A stretch of 64,000 nt of DNA, from positions 9,750,176 through 9,814,175 of the forward strand of contig MU058636.1 of assembly GCA_013265495.1 (NCBI GenBank). The letters are read 5' to 3'. The translations under genes and the position numbers were made by a program. Below the pieces are notes generated by a model that was not told where the DNA came from, did no database searches, and saw only the letters and a program-made list of their open reading frames with translations. The DNA is from Vicugna vicugna (taxonomy: Eukaryota). Shown piece by piece: positions 11,920-25,029 of this stretch (the stretch's first letter is position 1; every line of letters starts with the position of its first letter).

Positions 11920-12875
11920 TGAAGCCAGGGCTCGGGGGATGGGCCAGTTAGGCTAGTCTAGGTGTGGGATGGTGGCAGCAGGGGAAAGAGAGGAATAGAA
12001 ATATTTGGGCTACACTTTGGAGAATAAAACATTTGCTGTTGAATTGGATTTGGGAGTTAGTAAAGGGAGGAATCAAGCATGACTCCTTAGGTTTCCGGCT
12101 TAGGCTGCTGCGTGAATAATGCTGCCCTTTACTGACACAGGGAAAACCAGAGAGAAGCAGTTTCCCGGAGCCTGGAAATGAAGAGCGCCAGTGTAAATGG
12201 GAACATCTGGTTGGAGGGGGTCAGGAGGCACTAGAGGAGCGGAACTCAAAGGAGGGATCTGGGAAGGAGCTGTTATAATATACAAATGGTACTTAAAGGT
12301 CTTGATATTATTTAATGTTTATAATGGTACTTAACACCATTTCTTACAGCCTAGGACCAGGCACCAAGGACTCCAATATTTAATGTTCGGGGAGAAAAGA
12401 CAAGGCGAGAGAGACAGGTAGGCAGAGACAGAGAGACAGAGAACAGAGACAGTAGAGACTGTCTATTTTATAAAGTTTCCTCTGACTGCCCTGGAAAACA
12501 GATTCCAGGGAACAAGACAGGACATGGGAGATCTGTTTGGAGGCCACTTTAGTACTTCAGGCAAGAGAGGATGATGGCTTAGACTGGGGTGATGGTAATG
12601 AAGGTAGAGAAGGGGCCAGACTCAGGATATAACTGGGGGGTAGAACCTGGAGATACTGATGATTGTTTGGAACTGTGAGTGAGACTGAGATGAAGGAGAC
12701 AGTGAAATCCAGGATGATTCCCAGTTTCGACCTCAGCAAGTGGTAGATGGTTGTGCCGCTTCCAAAGATGAGAAAGATCAGGAGAGAGACTGGTTTAGGA
12801 TGCTAATCAAGACTCTGTTCTGGACATTAGACATTTACATAGAGATACCTAGTGGACAAATGGATATGTTAGATG
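11920..12875 (-). mobile_element. L2 LINE fragments
   Basis: gggaggaatcaagcatgactccttaggtttccggctt, caggcaagagaggatgatggcttagact and ccaggatgattcccagttt are classic L2 motifs. Confidence 0.75.
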
Positions 12876-12904
12876 CACACACATGTGCTGGTGGTGACAG
12901 GCAT

Positions 12905-13401
12905 GTATTAACTTCTTGTGTCTGTTTTAAGTAATTACCGCAAACTTGGGTGGCTTAAAATAGTATCTATCTTCTCATCGTTTTAGAGGCCAGGAGTCCC
13001 CATTCAGTTTCACTAGGTTGGAATCAAGCTGTCAGCAGGGCTATGATCCCTCCAGAAGCTCGAGGGGAGAGTCCGTTCCTTGCCTCTCCCAGCCTCTGAT
13101 GGCCATCGTTCCCTGTCTGTAGCCACATCACTCCAGTCGCTCCCTCTGTGGTCACGTTGCCTTCTCCTCTTCTGTGGTCTAATATTCTTCTACTTCTTTC
13201 CTGCAGGAGACTTGTGGTTGCACAGGTTCCACCCAGATAATCCAGGTTAATCTCCCCAACTCAAAACCCTTCATTTAATCACATCTAGGAAGTTATTTTT
13301 TGTTTTGTTTTGTTTTGTTTTGCCATATTAGGTTACATTCACAGGTTGTAGGGGTTAGAATGTGGGTATCTTTGGGGGCGGGGCATTATTCAGCCTATCA
13401 A
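12905..13401 (-). mobile_element. MaLR solo LTR (MLT1, probably MLT1D-like)
   Basis: aattaccgcaaacttgggtggcttaaaa...cccagataatccaggttaatctcccc...cattattcagcctatca. Confidence 0.85.
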
Positions 13402-13619
13402 AATATACATATTCAGATACATAGACACACAGTTCCTGACCTCTAAGGGTAAGAATATACATCCCACCTTGCTCAGAGAATTGTCTCTGGATGCCCAGCA
13501 CAAATGTGTCCTCTACCTGTCCTGATGTTCTGTGACACTTAATGCTCTTGTCCTTGGTCTTTCACTCCATCCTGTTTGATTGTCCTTCAGTAAATATTTT
13601 CTGTTTGAATGAGGTTCAT

Positions 13620-13730
13620 TAATTATCTAACCAACTTTCACTGTTTGTTCATTGCTGTACTCCAGTGCCCCGGACAGTTCCTGGCATAGAGTAAGTGCTC
13701 AATGAATGTTGGTTGCTTGAATGAATGAGG
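13620..13730 (+). mobile_element. L2 3' end
   Basis: gttcattgctgtactccagtgccc...cctggcatagagtaagtgctcaatgaatgttgg...gaatgaatga. Confidence 0.75.
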
Positions 13731-15919
13731 AAATGGCTCTGAATGGGCAGACATGTACTTGATACTTGAGTTCATGTGACAGTGATTTCATGGAACTTAC
13801 ATCTAGCAAGTGATGCTGGAGTCCCTTGTTTATAATACTAAGTCAGTGTCTAGCCGTATGGCTTTGAAGACAAGTGCTAACGTTCTCTGGAACCTGGCCA
13901 CGTTACATCAGTTCACTCAATGCCCAGCAGTGAATGAATCATTTTAGATTCATATTTCCAAATAAGTGAATCCGTCTGGGGATTACTATTTTCTATCAGA
14001 AGTGTCCCTCCAGTTCTCATGTCTTTGCAGAACGAGGTTGATGGGGGATTTCTTGGTCTCAGCCACGCAGCCCAGGTTATCTACTCCTTTATTTTCACAG
14101 GTTCTTTGCTGATCTTTGATCCTTTAGGTCACATCTTGTTCTGGAAGGAAATTCTATTCTCAAGTGCCTCGGCGACGTGGGCATTCACGGTCCCAATAGA
14201 GCTTTTTGTTGTTTGTTTTAATCACACTTTTCCAACAACAATAACAAATAAAAACACATTCAAGGAAAAGAGAGTTACTTCTTTTTCACACTCTGCTATT
14301 TTTTGGCCACTTTTGAAAAAACACTCATTTGGTAACTTACCTAGCAAGCTAGGAGACTAGCAAAGTGGTAAGACAGCTCCTGTCCGCTTTTGTTTAAAAT
14401 GTAACCTAGAGGAGAAAATTAAAATTCTGAGAAAATGCCTAACATAATAAGGAAAATTAAGCATTCTGCTGCAAAATTAAATATAACATACATCTAAAAA
14501 TTTCAAATTATGCCTCCTGGGATACCCAATTTAGGCTACCAAAACATGGCAATTGTTTCTGAATTGCTTTCAAACTTGGGGACAGATTTAGGCATCGCAG
14601 CAAACATATAAATAAATGTATCTGTGCAAAGGGCATTCATGAATTGTTTGCTCTTCAAATAAAATGCCAATGTATGTTAAGAAGAGAGGATTGCTTAGAA
14701 AAATATTATGCCGCTATGGAAATTGATAATCCACATGTGGTGTCAGCATCAGGGTCTTTTTGAAACACAGTATCTAAAACTAGGTGAACAGAAAAAGAAG
14801 CAAAGTAGCACCAAGGGAATGTCTTCATATTAAAGGAGGAACAGAACTGTGGAAAGACTTATTTACATAATCAGTAAGTAAAACTTCTGCATCATTACCT
14901 CAAAAGAGTATTTTCAAGAGCAGAAATACGTAGTTTTCACCGTCTTCATCCTCATTATCATCAGCAGCAGCATCAAAAACCGTCAAGAGCATTTAGCATC
15001 AATGAAAACATGGCACTATTAAAAGGGAATTTCATAGTTTTCCAGAAGCTAATATTTTAAAAGTCAATCACCCTTAAATGTCTACACGGTGAAATCATCC
15101 TGATGTCTACTTAAGTTAAAAGACAGGCTGATGTAGAAGAGTTATAGAAATTCTCACTTAAAAAAACAAATCATGTATGGGAATTTTCTGGGCTATCATC
15201 TTAATTTTTTTAGTTAATCTAAAAGTCTTCTAAAAAAAATAGTGTGTTTTTTAAAAACCTTCAGTCTCCATGCGTGTTGGATGTGACTAAAATTGGGTGC
15301 GGATGGAAACAGGAAACATCACAGAAGTGCATGAAGACAGGGAGGCAGGAAAGTCCTGGAGTTCTCACATAAGCAATCCGTTAAAGCCTGATGGAGAAAA
15401 ACAAGACTTTCACAGCAGTTTGAAGGATGGAACTGTGATGGTTGGAGAGGAGTGAATTTGTTGTAGCCACGTGGGTTTACTTTGAAGGAAGGCTCACGGG
15501 CAGCAGGGAGGTGCCTGGATGATGGAGCTTCTGCAGAGCTTAGTACGAGGTAATACAGAGACCTGAGAAGAAAACCCAGGGTAAAGAAATCCTGCTTCCT
15601 AGCAACCAACAGTGACCTTTTGGATTTAGTAAATCGTAAGTCCGTTTCAACACTGTGAACTAGTGTATCACAATTGATGAACTAAATGAAAATGTATTTA
15701 CTTCTTAATTACAAGATCATAAGCAGACTTAACATTTCTAATTGCCCTGACCTTCTGAACAGTTTGACTAGCTTTAAGTGGAGCCTGGGTTTAGAGAGAA
15801 GACCAATGTCTGTGCTAAAATTATCTGTTTATGCAACTGGAGAGAACTAGATGCAGCAGGAGCTGTGAAGGAAGAGCTGAAAAGGTTTGCCAGGACACAG
15901 AGTATCTGGTTGAGAAGAC

Positions 15920-16900
15920 AGAAGTCTATCTCACACCTTATTCCAATACAAATTCCAGGTTAATTAATAATTTCAAAGTGAGATGGAAACAAGACAAATA
16001 TTAGATTTAAAAAATCAGTATATAATCTTTGGAATGCAGAAGCACTGTTTGAGCATATGAAAAGCAAATACAATGTTAAAACAATCAATAGTTTTTATCA
16101 TTTTTAGTGTGAATAGCCTAAACAACATTTTTAGGCTTAGAGCACTGGAAAAAATATTTGTTGCATATATGTCAGATGAAAGGTTAAGACCCTTCATATA
16201 TAATGAGTTCTTAAAAATCAATGATAAATAAGTAAGTGCACCAAAAGGAAAGCGGCAAAGACATGAATGAGCACTACCCAAAGAAGGAATACAGATGGTT
16301 AGTACAGTCTGACACAACGTTTACTCTTACTACAACACAAAGAATTTCAAATGAAGGCAAGAATAAGGTACAGAGTCTCCTCTATTAATTGGTAAAGATT
16401 AAAAATGCTAATACCCAGTGCTGGAGAGGGTGTAGGGAACTGAGCCAAAAATGGTAGCAGAAGTATAGATTCATCTTTCTAGAGGACAATTTGGCAACTT
16501 TATTAAAAATATTTAATATTTATTAAAAACACTCCTTTTGTCAATGGAATTCCAACTACAAGAATGAGGATGAAGATATAAGCATATTCATCTCAGGATT
16601 TTTATGTTAAAAACATTGTAACATCTGAGCAGTTACAATCTGAACAGCTTTCCAACTTTACGAGAATTGAGAAATGAGGTAAGTAAATTATATACCTTAT
16701 ATAGCCATTAAAAATTATATTGTAGAATATTAACATGGGCAAATGTTCAGGCTATGTTGTTTAAAGGCAAAATAGCAGATTTTGAAACTGTGCATTATAT
16801 GATCTTATCACTGTAAAAAATGTTCTGTACACGTGGAGAAACTGCAGAAGAACAAACAATAACATGTTAATGAGAACTAGCTTTTGTTGCTAGGATTCTA
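15920..16900 (+). mobile_element. Old L1 (L1ME-like): ORF2 3' end and 3' UTR
   Basis: aaaatatttgttgcatatatgtcagatgaaagg, ggcaaagacatgaatgagcac, ataccagtgctggagagggtgtaggg and ctagaggacaatttggcaa. Confidence 0.75.
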
Positions 16901-18102
16901 GGTAATATTAAGCAATTGGATTGCAATGTTCTTTACACACTGCCAGCAAAACCTGCTTTTGTCACCTTTCGTGTGACTTGGTAATAGAATTTTGAGTCGG
17001 TATTATCTTGTTGGCAGACACTGAATCAAGGACAAAACTTAGGTGGGACAGCTAGCATGATAGATGGGAATTAAATGACAAAATGATGTGTTAATGGAAT
17101 AATCTGAAATCAGTCTGCGTAGCTTAACATGAGACTTTTGGAGCAAAAAAAAAACAAAAAAAAGGAAGGTATGAGAAGTGTAGCTGTGCTGGTGGCAACG
17201 CCTGCTGTGGTTTGGATCCGCTCCTTTGGTAGACTTCTCAGGAATGCATTTGCATCAAGTCCTGAGCAGCCTCTGGGAAGGAGCCTCTCAGGTCAAGCCT
17301 CACAGCAAAGCATCAGAGCAAGAGGCTAAGTGGTTCTGTTGTCCTACTGCCTGTCATTCACATGTGTCCCAGGACAACCCTCCAGGATTTTCTGAGTCCT
17401 GGGAGGGGAACTGATTCCGTTTGGAAAAAAAATGGCAGACCATCAGGACTTTACTCAGCCTTGGTACCACTCTTGTAGAAAGTAACCCCAAAGGAGAGAA
17501 AGGCACCCCGCCAACTGGCTCAGCTTGTAGCTTGTGGACTTGTGCCATCCTGTGCAAAAGCAGGATGGCACCCCTAAGCCATGCCCCATAGCCTCACCTC
17601 TCAGATGGACCCTGGCCTGGTGCTTAGGCCCTGACAGCTTCAAATGAGTTCTGACCGGCTTTTAGTGGGGAATGCCGTGGGAAGGGAAATTGGAGTCTGG
17701 GATACCACTGAGCCCCAAATAATGCTAACATGGAACTGGAGTCTCTTTTTGGTCCAGTGGTTTTTAAATTTTTCTTTTTAACAGTAAGATAACTTTTTGT
17801 GAATTAAAGATTATGTATAATCCAAAATGTAATATTAATAAGACAGAACTGATTGATATAGGGATAGGGAGGGGCCAGACACCCAGCTACTCCACGTCAC
17901 CCCCTCTCTAAGCTCGGGGTGCTTCCTGGAACCACTAGGGCCAATGACCACAGATACATCCAACTTCCAGGGCTGCACAGTGGCTTGGGCAAGTGAGGAG
18001 CAGCAGAGTGAAGGCTGGAATCCAGACCTCCTCCCCCTGGGGTGTTTCTCCCCCCACATCACTTCCTGCACCACCGCAGCAGAACTTCTTCCCTAAAACA
18101 CC

Positions 18103-18235
18103 GAGGATGTGTTAACTAACCTTCTGGTGGTAAGTATTCCGCAGCATCTACGTGTATCAAACCATCACACTGTACACCTTAACCTTACACAATGTTATAC
18201 GTCAATAATATCTCAAGAAAGCTGGGAAAAATAGA
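18103..18235 (+). mobile_element. L1 3' terminus (L1MA/MB-type), 5'-truncated
   Basis: gtatcaaaccatcacactgtacaccttaaccttacacaatgttatacgtcaataatatctcaagaaagctgggaaaa. Confidence 0.8.
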
Positions 18236-20689
18236 AACTGAAAAAGCAACAGAAAAAGCCAGAGAAAATGTCCAAGGTGCCGCTTTTAGGAGAAACAATC
18301 TAAATCCTGCACGTAGCAAGGGAGAGGAAAGGAGTAGGTGTCCCATGGCGGGATGGCCCTGGGGGAGACACGACAAGCTACAGAAACCCCATGGTAAAGC
18401 CACATGGTGCCTTGACACACCTGCCTGGAGCCCCGGGACAGTGCAGCCGAGACCTCCCTCAGGCCGCTTCCCGGAGGGCGTGAAGGGGCCCTGACCCGAG
18501 TGGGTTCTCCGCGGGCGTCCCGTCCTGCTGACATCCTTCAATGTGGCTTGAATCTGCCGGTCTTCCAAGGTCACTGCGGGCCTCTGAGGGAGCCTTTGAT
18601 TTCCCATGTAAGGGAATTCCCACTGGCTGATTAAATATTTTTATATTTTATCGCTTTCCTGCAGCCAGCAGCTTTTGGCATGCAGGGTATTTTTATGAAT
18701 GTTAGAAGTAAATATTATGGGGTCAGTCACAGAGATGAACATGGGCTCACAAGCCTGGGGCTGGAAGATATTAGGCTCCACTGGAAAAAAAAAGTGGGAC
18801 TAGAAAAAGCAAAGTATTGAGAACTTCAAAATACTTGTCAAAGCGCTGTAGCTCTGACTTTAAGCAATATATCTGGATATCCAAGCGGGTTACGTGCTTT
18901 TGCTGTGAGTTTGGGGCATTTATTAGAAGAAAGAGAGCAAGTAGGGTTACACTTTCACATTAATATCTGTCTCTTTTGATTTCCAGACAGAAGCTGACCC
19001 TTCCAGAGCCTTCCACGAGGCACAGCAGACAGAACCCTAAGATGCCAAGCCACTACTCAGGGTTTCCATGGGTGCTGGGCCGCTTTCGGTCAAAATGTCC
19101 CTTAATACCCCCAAAATAAATAACGTGTGGGCTCTGGTGGTGTTACACTCCAGTGCCCTTTTCAGTAGTGAAGTCTCAGAGAGCCGCTTGGGAGCTGAGG
19201 TCAGGAAAGTCCTCCTCAATGCTGGCTGACTCACTGCAGGAAACCGACCCCTTCCTGGGAGACCGCTAAACCTCAGGAGGGGCTGGGAATCCCGGGAGCC
19301 CACATGGGCTGCAGTGCTCACAGTTCCAACGTGGCACCTGCCTTAAGACCCCCGAAGCATCTTTTCCACTCTTCTCTCAGCGCCCACAGTCCTTGGCACA
19401 GCTCAGAACGAATGGGGGAGGCGTATCAGCAAACACGTTTGATGTGCTTTGCTGCACTCTCTGCTCGCTCGCTCTCACTCCACCTACTCTCAGTGGTTTG
19501 CTGTTTGCCCCGGTGCTACCGTTAAGTCTAAACTTATCTGAGTCCAAATCATTTCACAATTTTTCTAATTAACTCCAGTGCGTTTATTCAACACTCCCAC
19601 AAATTTTCTTCCCTTTCAAGGTGCTTTCAACACTATTTACTGTCATCTTTAAATTTAAGAGCTTAGCCTAAACCCAGATAATTAACATAGTCTTAGTGCC
19701 AGGCATATAGCAGGCAGTCAATACACATATTGGCAGGAAAGCAGAGAGGAAGAGAAGGAGGGAGGGAGGGTCGTCCTGGAGCACAGCCTGCATTCCTCTA
19801 AGATGATTTTGAAACACCTGGTGAACATCCTGATTGAAGGTGGGACCTGGTACAGCCAAGGTAAGCACCCTCCTCTAACACAGAGATGCAGTGGAGATAA
19901 CATGACAGGAGGGCATGGCAGGAGGAAAAGTGGTGAAAGGTCAGATTGGGTACGAGCAGGGCTGGGGGGCGGGGAGAATGGTGCTAATGCTGACCTGGCT
20001 CCCGGGAGGAAGGCGAGCCAAACATCCTGCCACACCCCACAGCACCCATCTCTGTGCTCCGTAGGATCCCCCATAAGCTCTGTTTGGGAAACACGGGTAT
20101 AGATTAGGGTATCCCTTCAAGGTGATCCAAATGGAATGAAAATCCTCCTGGAGTCTAGTCATCTTCTGTTTCCTGCTTGCCTACCTGGCCTGTCTCTGGA
20201 ACATCAGGAAGAGATCACGCTGGACTGGAGCCAGCCTCTTACACCCACCGTCCTTCCATGTCTGCTGGCCGGCCACCCACGCTGACACTTGCCACGAGAG
20301 CTGGGTTCTAGGGCCTGTGGAAGAGGATCACAAAAGGAGATTCTCTGCCTCCTAGAAGGTTTCACTTTTTTGTTTTCTCTGGTTGGAACCTGTGGGACCA
20401 ACTGACCACCTGGGTTTAGGTCATCCTTGGAGAACGTCTGGTGGGATTTCGGAAAAAGATCTTCTGAAAATGTGTGAGGAGGAACCCATTAGGAGACACA
20501 GTTATTTCAGTTTCAGGAAATGAGACTTCATTTACGTCCCAGGTAAATTCTTCAGTGTCAGAAAATAGCTGGGGAGGGAATGGAGGGGTAAACAGACAGA
20601 CAGGAATTTTTCAAAGACTTGGCAAATCACAGCAAATTAAGGGCAAGATTTATGGTCTAAATGTACAACATAGATCAATGACAGTAACA

Positions 20690-20860
20690 GTAACATTGAA
20701 CGAGATGAGATACTTACTAAGGGCCAGGCAGTGTCAGTCTTATCTCACTGCTTACCAAAAGCCTATGAATTAAGTCCTCTCACGTCTCCATTTTACAGAT
20801 GAGAAAACTGAGGCTGAGAAAAGTAAAGCCAAGTGCTCCAGGGCACACAGCTGGTGGAAG
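20690..20860 (-). mobile_element. MIR SINE
   Basis: ctccattttacagatgagaaaactgaggctgagaaaagtaaag MIR core. Confidence 0.85.
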
Positions 20861-21374
20861 TCCAATCACTGAATTTGTGTTTCTAGTTGATATCCTGTGT
20901 CTTTGCACTTTGGGCCACGTGTATACATACACAAATGAGTAAATCCTATTAAATAAAGCCTATTCCAAGATTTAAATGACAATTGCTTCTCCCCCCAGGT
21001 TTAAACACGTTCTTACTACTTGAACACGCCTTGCCTACCTCTGGGGCAGGCTTGCTTACCCACTAAATGACGCTACCTAATAAACTAGTGGGACCCTGTC
21101 CCCTCCCTCAGCTCTGCCCTGGCCTCAAGGCCCACAGCACAGGCATGTGCTCACAGAGGTTCGCTCTTTCTGGTGGGTCTGGGACCCTGGACTGAAAACT
21201 CTAGTTTCTGCTGATTGACTTTGTTAGTGCAACTCAAGTCTCTTGGTTTCCCATTTCTTCCCATGGATGCTGCAGGGCCTCCTGGTCCACATGCGTCCAC
21301 ACTAGTTGCTGTTTCCCTGATAGAGGAAATTTGGATTATGGAATTCTTAAGCCCTCTTCCAATTGGGGTCAACG

Positions 21375-21375
<1 letters not shown>

Positions 21376-21413
<38 letters not shown>
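21376..21413 (+). repeat. Poly(T) homopolymer, ~38 nt
   Basis: Directly visible. Confidence 0.97.
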
Positions 21414-21415
<2 letters not shown>

Positions 21416-21654
21416 ATTTGTGCAGGGAGCTCTTGAAAGGAAGTTTAGGTTTTGTTCAGCAGTTTTTCTTGACTCTACCTTCATATTTCTGGCCTCTGTG
21501 CAAACCAGATTGCAGACAAAACTCAAGGCCAGGATCACTCTGTGGCTAACCACAGTCCTTCACCTTCAGTATGTGAAGACGGTTCTCAGGATCTCAACAA
21601 CACCCATCCTACGGCTTCTAGAAAAGTTTCACTGAAAGAGAGGAGGGGTGCAGT

Positions 21655-21920
21655 GATATGGAGGGTGGAGGGATAAACTTGGAGTTCGGCATTTGCAGAT
21701 ACTAAATATTATATATAAAACAGATAAACAACAGGGTCCTACTGTGTAGCGCAGGAAACTATATTCAATACTTTGTAATAGCCTATAATGGAAAAGAATA
21801 TGAGAAGGAATATATATATGTATATGTATAACTGAATCACTGTGCTGTGCACCAGAAATTAACACACTGTAAACTGACTATACTTCAATTTAAAAAATTT
21901 TTAAAAAAGAAAAAGAAAGA
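21655..21920 (+). mobile_element. Cetartiodactyl-type L1 3' end with A-rich tail
   Basis: ggagggataaacttggagtt...aacaacagggtcctactgtgtagc...ataactgaatcactgtgctgtgcaccagaaattaacacactgtaaactgactatacttcaat. Confidence 0.85.
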
Positions 21921-22589
21921 GAGGCGTATTCCCCAAATTTTGCAATTGCCATTTCTTAATGGAAGTAATTGGAATATATACTTTGTTCCTATGTTGGAAG
22001 TTACAGAGAAACCAGCCCCCCACAGTGATAGTATTGTGCTGTCCTAGCCCACTGTTCCCGCTTTCAAAATATGCTGAAAGACTGATAATAACAATAAAGC
22101 TATTTCAAATATGCCAAATCTAAGAAATCTGCACTCCCAGACTCCACTATTGTGACTGTGTTTCTAGTTGATAGTCTATAATCTTATCACTTTTGGCCAC
22201 ACATCCACATACCATCCTGGCTTATTTATGAAGATAATTCCTGTGCTGAGATCAAGATCGACAATCATTTTTGCTGCGTCTAAATTTATTTTTGCTGCTT
22301 AAAAAAAAAAAAGATTTTGAAAATATTTTCCAATGGGTTTATTTGTTTTAAAAAGATTTTGGTAAAGAAAATACTCTGAACAAAAAGCAACTCTTGGGGT
22401 ATCAACTACCAACCAGCACATTTTTGGAATATTTTGAATTATTATTATCCAGGAATAGACAATTCGGTTTTAGGATTATTTGTATCCTTGGCGATGTTAC
22501 TATGTTTTAATGTTTTCAAGGCTTGTCTGTCTACAAATATAACTCCAGTGATTAATTTCTGCTGCTCGTGAGCTGGGGTTTATTAGCTA

Positions 22590-22745
22590 ACTGAACCGTA
22601 CGTTACTCATGCTTTCTGAGCTTCGATTGCCTCATCTCTGAAGTGAAAAGAGTAACACCCACTTTACAGAATTGCCATGAGATTTCAGTGATGTAATCCA
22701 GGTGAAATAATGACTTCCCATCACACAGTAAATGCTCAATAAAAG
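22590..22745 (+). mobile_element. MIR SINE
   Basis: ctgagcttcgattgcctcatctctgaagtg...cacacagtaaatgctcaataaa. Confidence 0.7.
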
Positions 22746-24532
22746 GTTTTAGATGAAAATACCATCTAAAGAGTGAGGTTTAAGATTAATAACTGGGTTA
22801 GAACAGTTAGCGCCCATCTTCTGTTCCCACAAGCCTGCGTGCTCTGGGAGGCAGTGGCGTCCCTTTGCCTCCATCCCTCCCTAGCTTTCAGCCCAGGCCT
22901 GACGCAGACCAGCCTCTCCATGGGTATCAGGGAATGAAATTCACCCCTGTATGAACTTGCCACGCTCTCTACTCGCCGTTGCACGGATGAGTCGTCTATG
23001 GTTGACTAGATTCAGAATTGATTTCTCTTCTCTAAATGCATTTAACGTTTTTCAACTCTGCTTTTAAAGGTGCTGTTTTGTTTCACTCTCCTGTTTAAGA
23101 AACTGAAGTTGAAATTCTAATGTAAATTCGGCAAATTGGTGTTAATAGGCTTACCTGGAAAGGCTGCCTGAAAAGAGGGAGCGGATAAATGATGTGATTG
23201 GCTTTTCCAGGGAGAGTAAAACTGAGAATGTGGGGGATCGGCGGGAGTTTGGTGTTTGCGTGGGGGCGCGGGGCTTGGAACGGTCAGCTACAGTCTGGAG
23301 AGCTGCCCGACAACTGAGAAGAAATTTGACCGCATGTGTGAAGGCGCTGGCCGCTCTGCTGTGAGAGGCCCCATGTCATCAGGGCCATCAGTGTGAAAGG
23401 GCAATTCAAGCCATGCTGGGCTTGAACGTGTAGCTTGTGCTCTATCAGGAATCTATCTCCCAATGTTCATCGAAAAGACCTTTTCTATTCCTCAAATATA
23501 TACAAATAAATGTATAGGCAAATGCTCCGAGCCAATTCATATCTATTTCTGGTGCTGCTGCGATGTTTTAAACATACTTGGCTCAGATTTAAATGTTAGG
23601 TGTGTTTAAAGAGAACTTTATTTCGTAAGATTGTATCAATATTAGTCTAACAAATGTTTCAGACATCCAGCATGTGCTATGAACAGTGCAATAGACTACA
23701 TGCATGGCACAAAAGGAGGAAGAGGAAAAATGCCACGATGCTAGATGGAAGACTGGGGCCAGACGGTGTAATGCTATGCTTTAGAATTTGGAACCTATTT
23801 TGTCTTATAGGACAAGGTTGGAAAATATGCTCACCTTGGATGAAAAACAGTATGAGTATTGGGTACCTGGAAGGCTGTGATGGAAACAGTTTTATGGCTT
23901 GAAAGCAGCTTTGGGGTAAGTCATGCCAGGGGAGGTGGCAATGGGAGTGACCGCCCAAATGCTGAGTCTTTGTCATTCTTTGTCTTGTGATTAAGGGCAG
24001 CCACCGAGGTGTCTGTCAAAGGAAATGGGTCTCATCAAGTCTCTGCTTTAAGAAGACTGCATGCGAACAGTGAAGGGGTGCCATTTAGAGAAGGAGCAAT
24101 TAATATATTTGATCTCACCCCCTAGGTCGCTCATTTCTGGACACAGCAGACGCTAGCCATCTCCCTGGGCCCTCATCTTCTCAGTCTCGGGGAAGGCAGG
24201 TTATACCGCAGGACGGGTATTGGGATGGGGGCGGTGGTGGGGATAGCTACTCTGCTCCGCTCTGCCCGTCCCTTTTCACTCACTTGTCTTGAAGGAATTG
24301 CGCCACGCGTGTGTTCACATTTCAGATACAGGACCAGGGCTGTGTGTTTAATAAGAGGCATCTTCTGAACCCCCAAGCTGAGTATCATCCTGATAAATAT
24401 TACAAATTTGTTCAGGAAAGTGAATTCCTATCTTTTAACCCAAAGTAGCCTCCAGAATCGGCCGGTATCTGAGCACATTTCACCAGAATGAGAAGCATTT
24501 CTCAGAAAGAGAAATGGCAGCCACTCATGCAG

Positions 24533-24978
24533 CGTGTTAGAGTTCCAGCAGGAAACAGATGGCACTCTCAGACTCAGTAAGTGAGGAGTGTCAATAAAAG
24601 AGTGATCTACAAAGATGTGGAAAGATTTAGAGACACATAACAAAAGATGTTGAAGGACATTGGGGCTAAAACAGCAGGTGATGGCAATGGGTAAGATCTC
24701 TGTTACTACCAGGTCAGAAGGAAAATGTGCCAGTTCCAGATCTCAGGGTAGGTAGCTATAGGGAGAGGGTCAGTGGAACAGGGCCGTGACATTTGATGGA
24801 AAGATGCAGCCGACCTGTTACACCGCAGGAAAAGCATTACGTGCACAACCTTCCTCTCCTTCCTCTGGGGCTGAGAACCCACTGATGTAGCCTGTACCGA
24901 TCAGCCTGCGGGGCACAGACTGGAACAGAGAAGGGTGGAGAGTGGGTCTGGAAGGCAAAGAGAAACTAACCAGCTCAG
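24533..24978. mobile_element. LTR33-like ERVL solo LTR
   Basis: Starts gttccagcaggaaacagatggcactctca and ends gagaagggtggagagtgggtctggaaggcaaag...ccagctca, as in the recalled LTR33 consensus. Confidence 0.7.
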
Positions 24979-25029
24979 TGCAGCTTTTGGTATGTGATAA
25001 ATTCACAGAAGGCAATAATGATGAGACAC

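Noticed and set aside
18185..18607. Overlapping 82-140 aa ORFs in a GC-richer patch
   Set aside because: No recognisable domain, partly overlapping an L1 tail; expected by chance at this GC content.
21151..21635. Poly-Lys/poly-Phe ORFs
   Set aside because: Derived from the poly(T) run.
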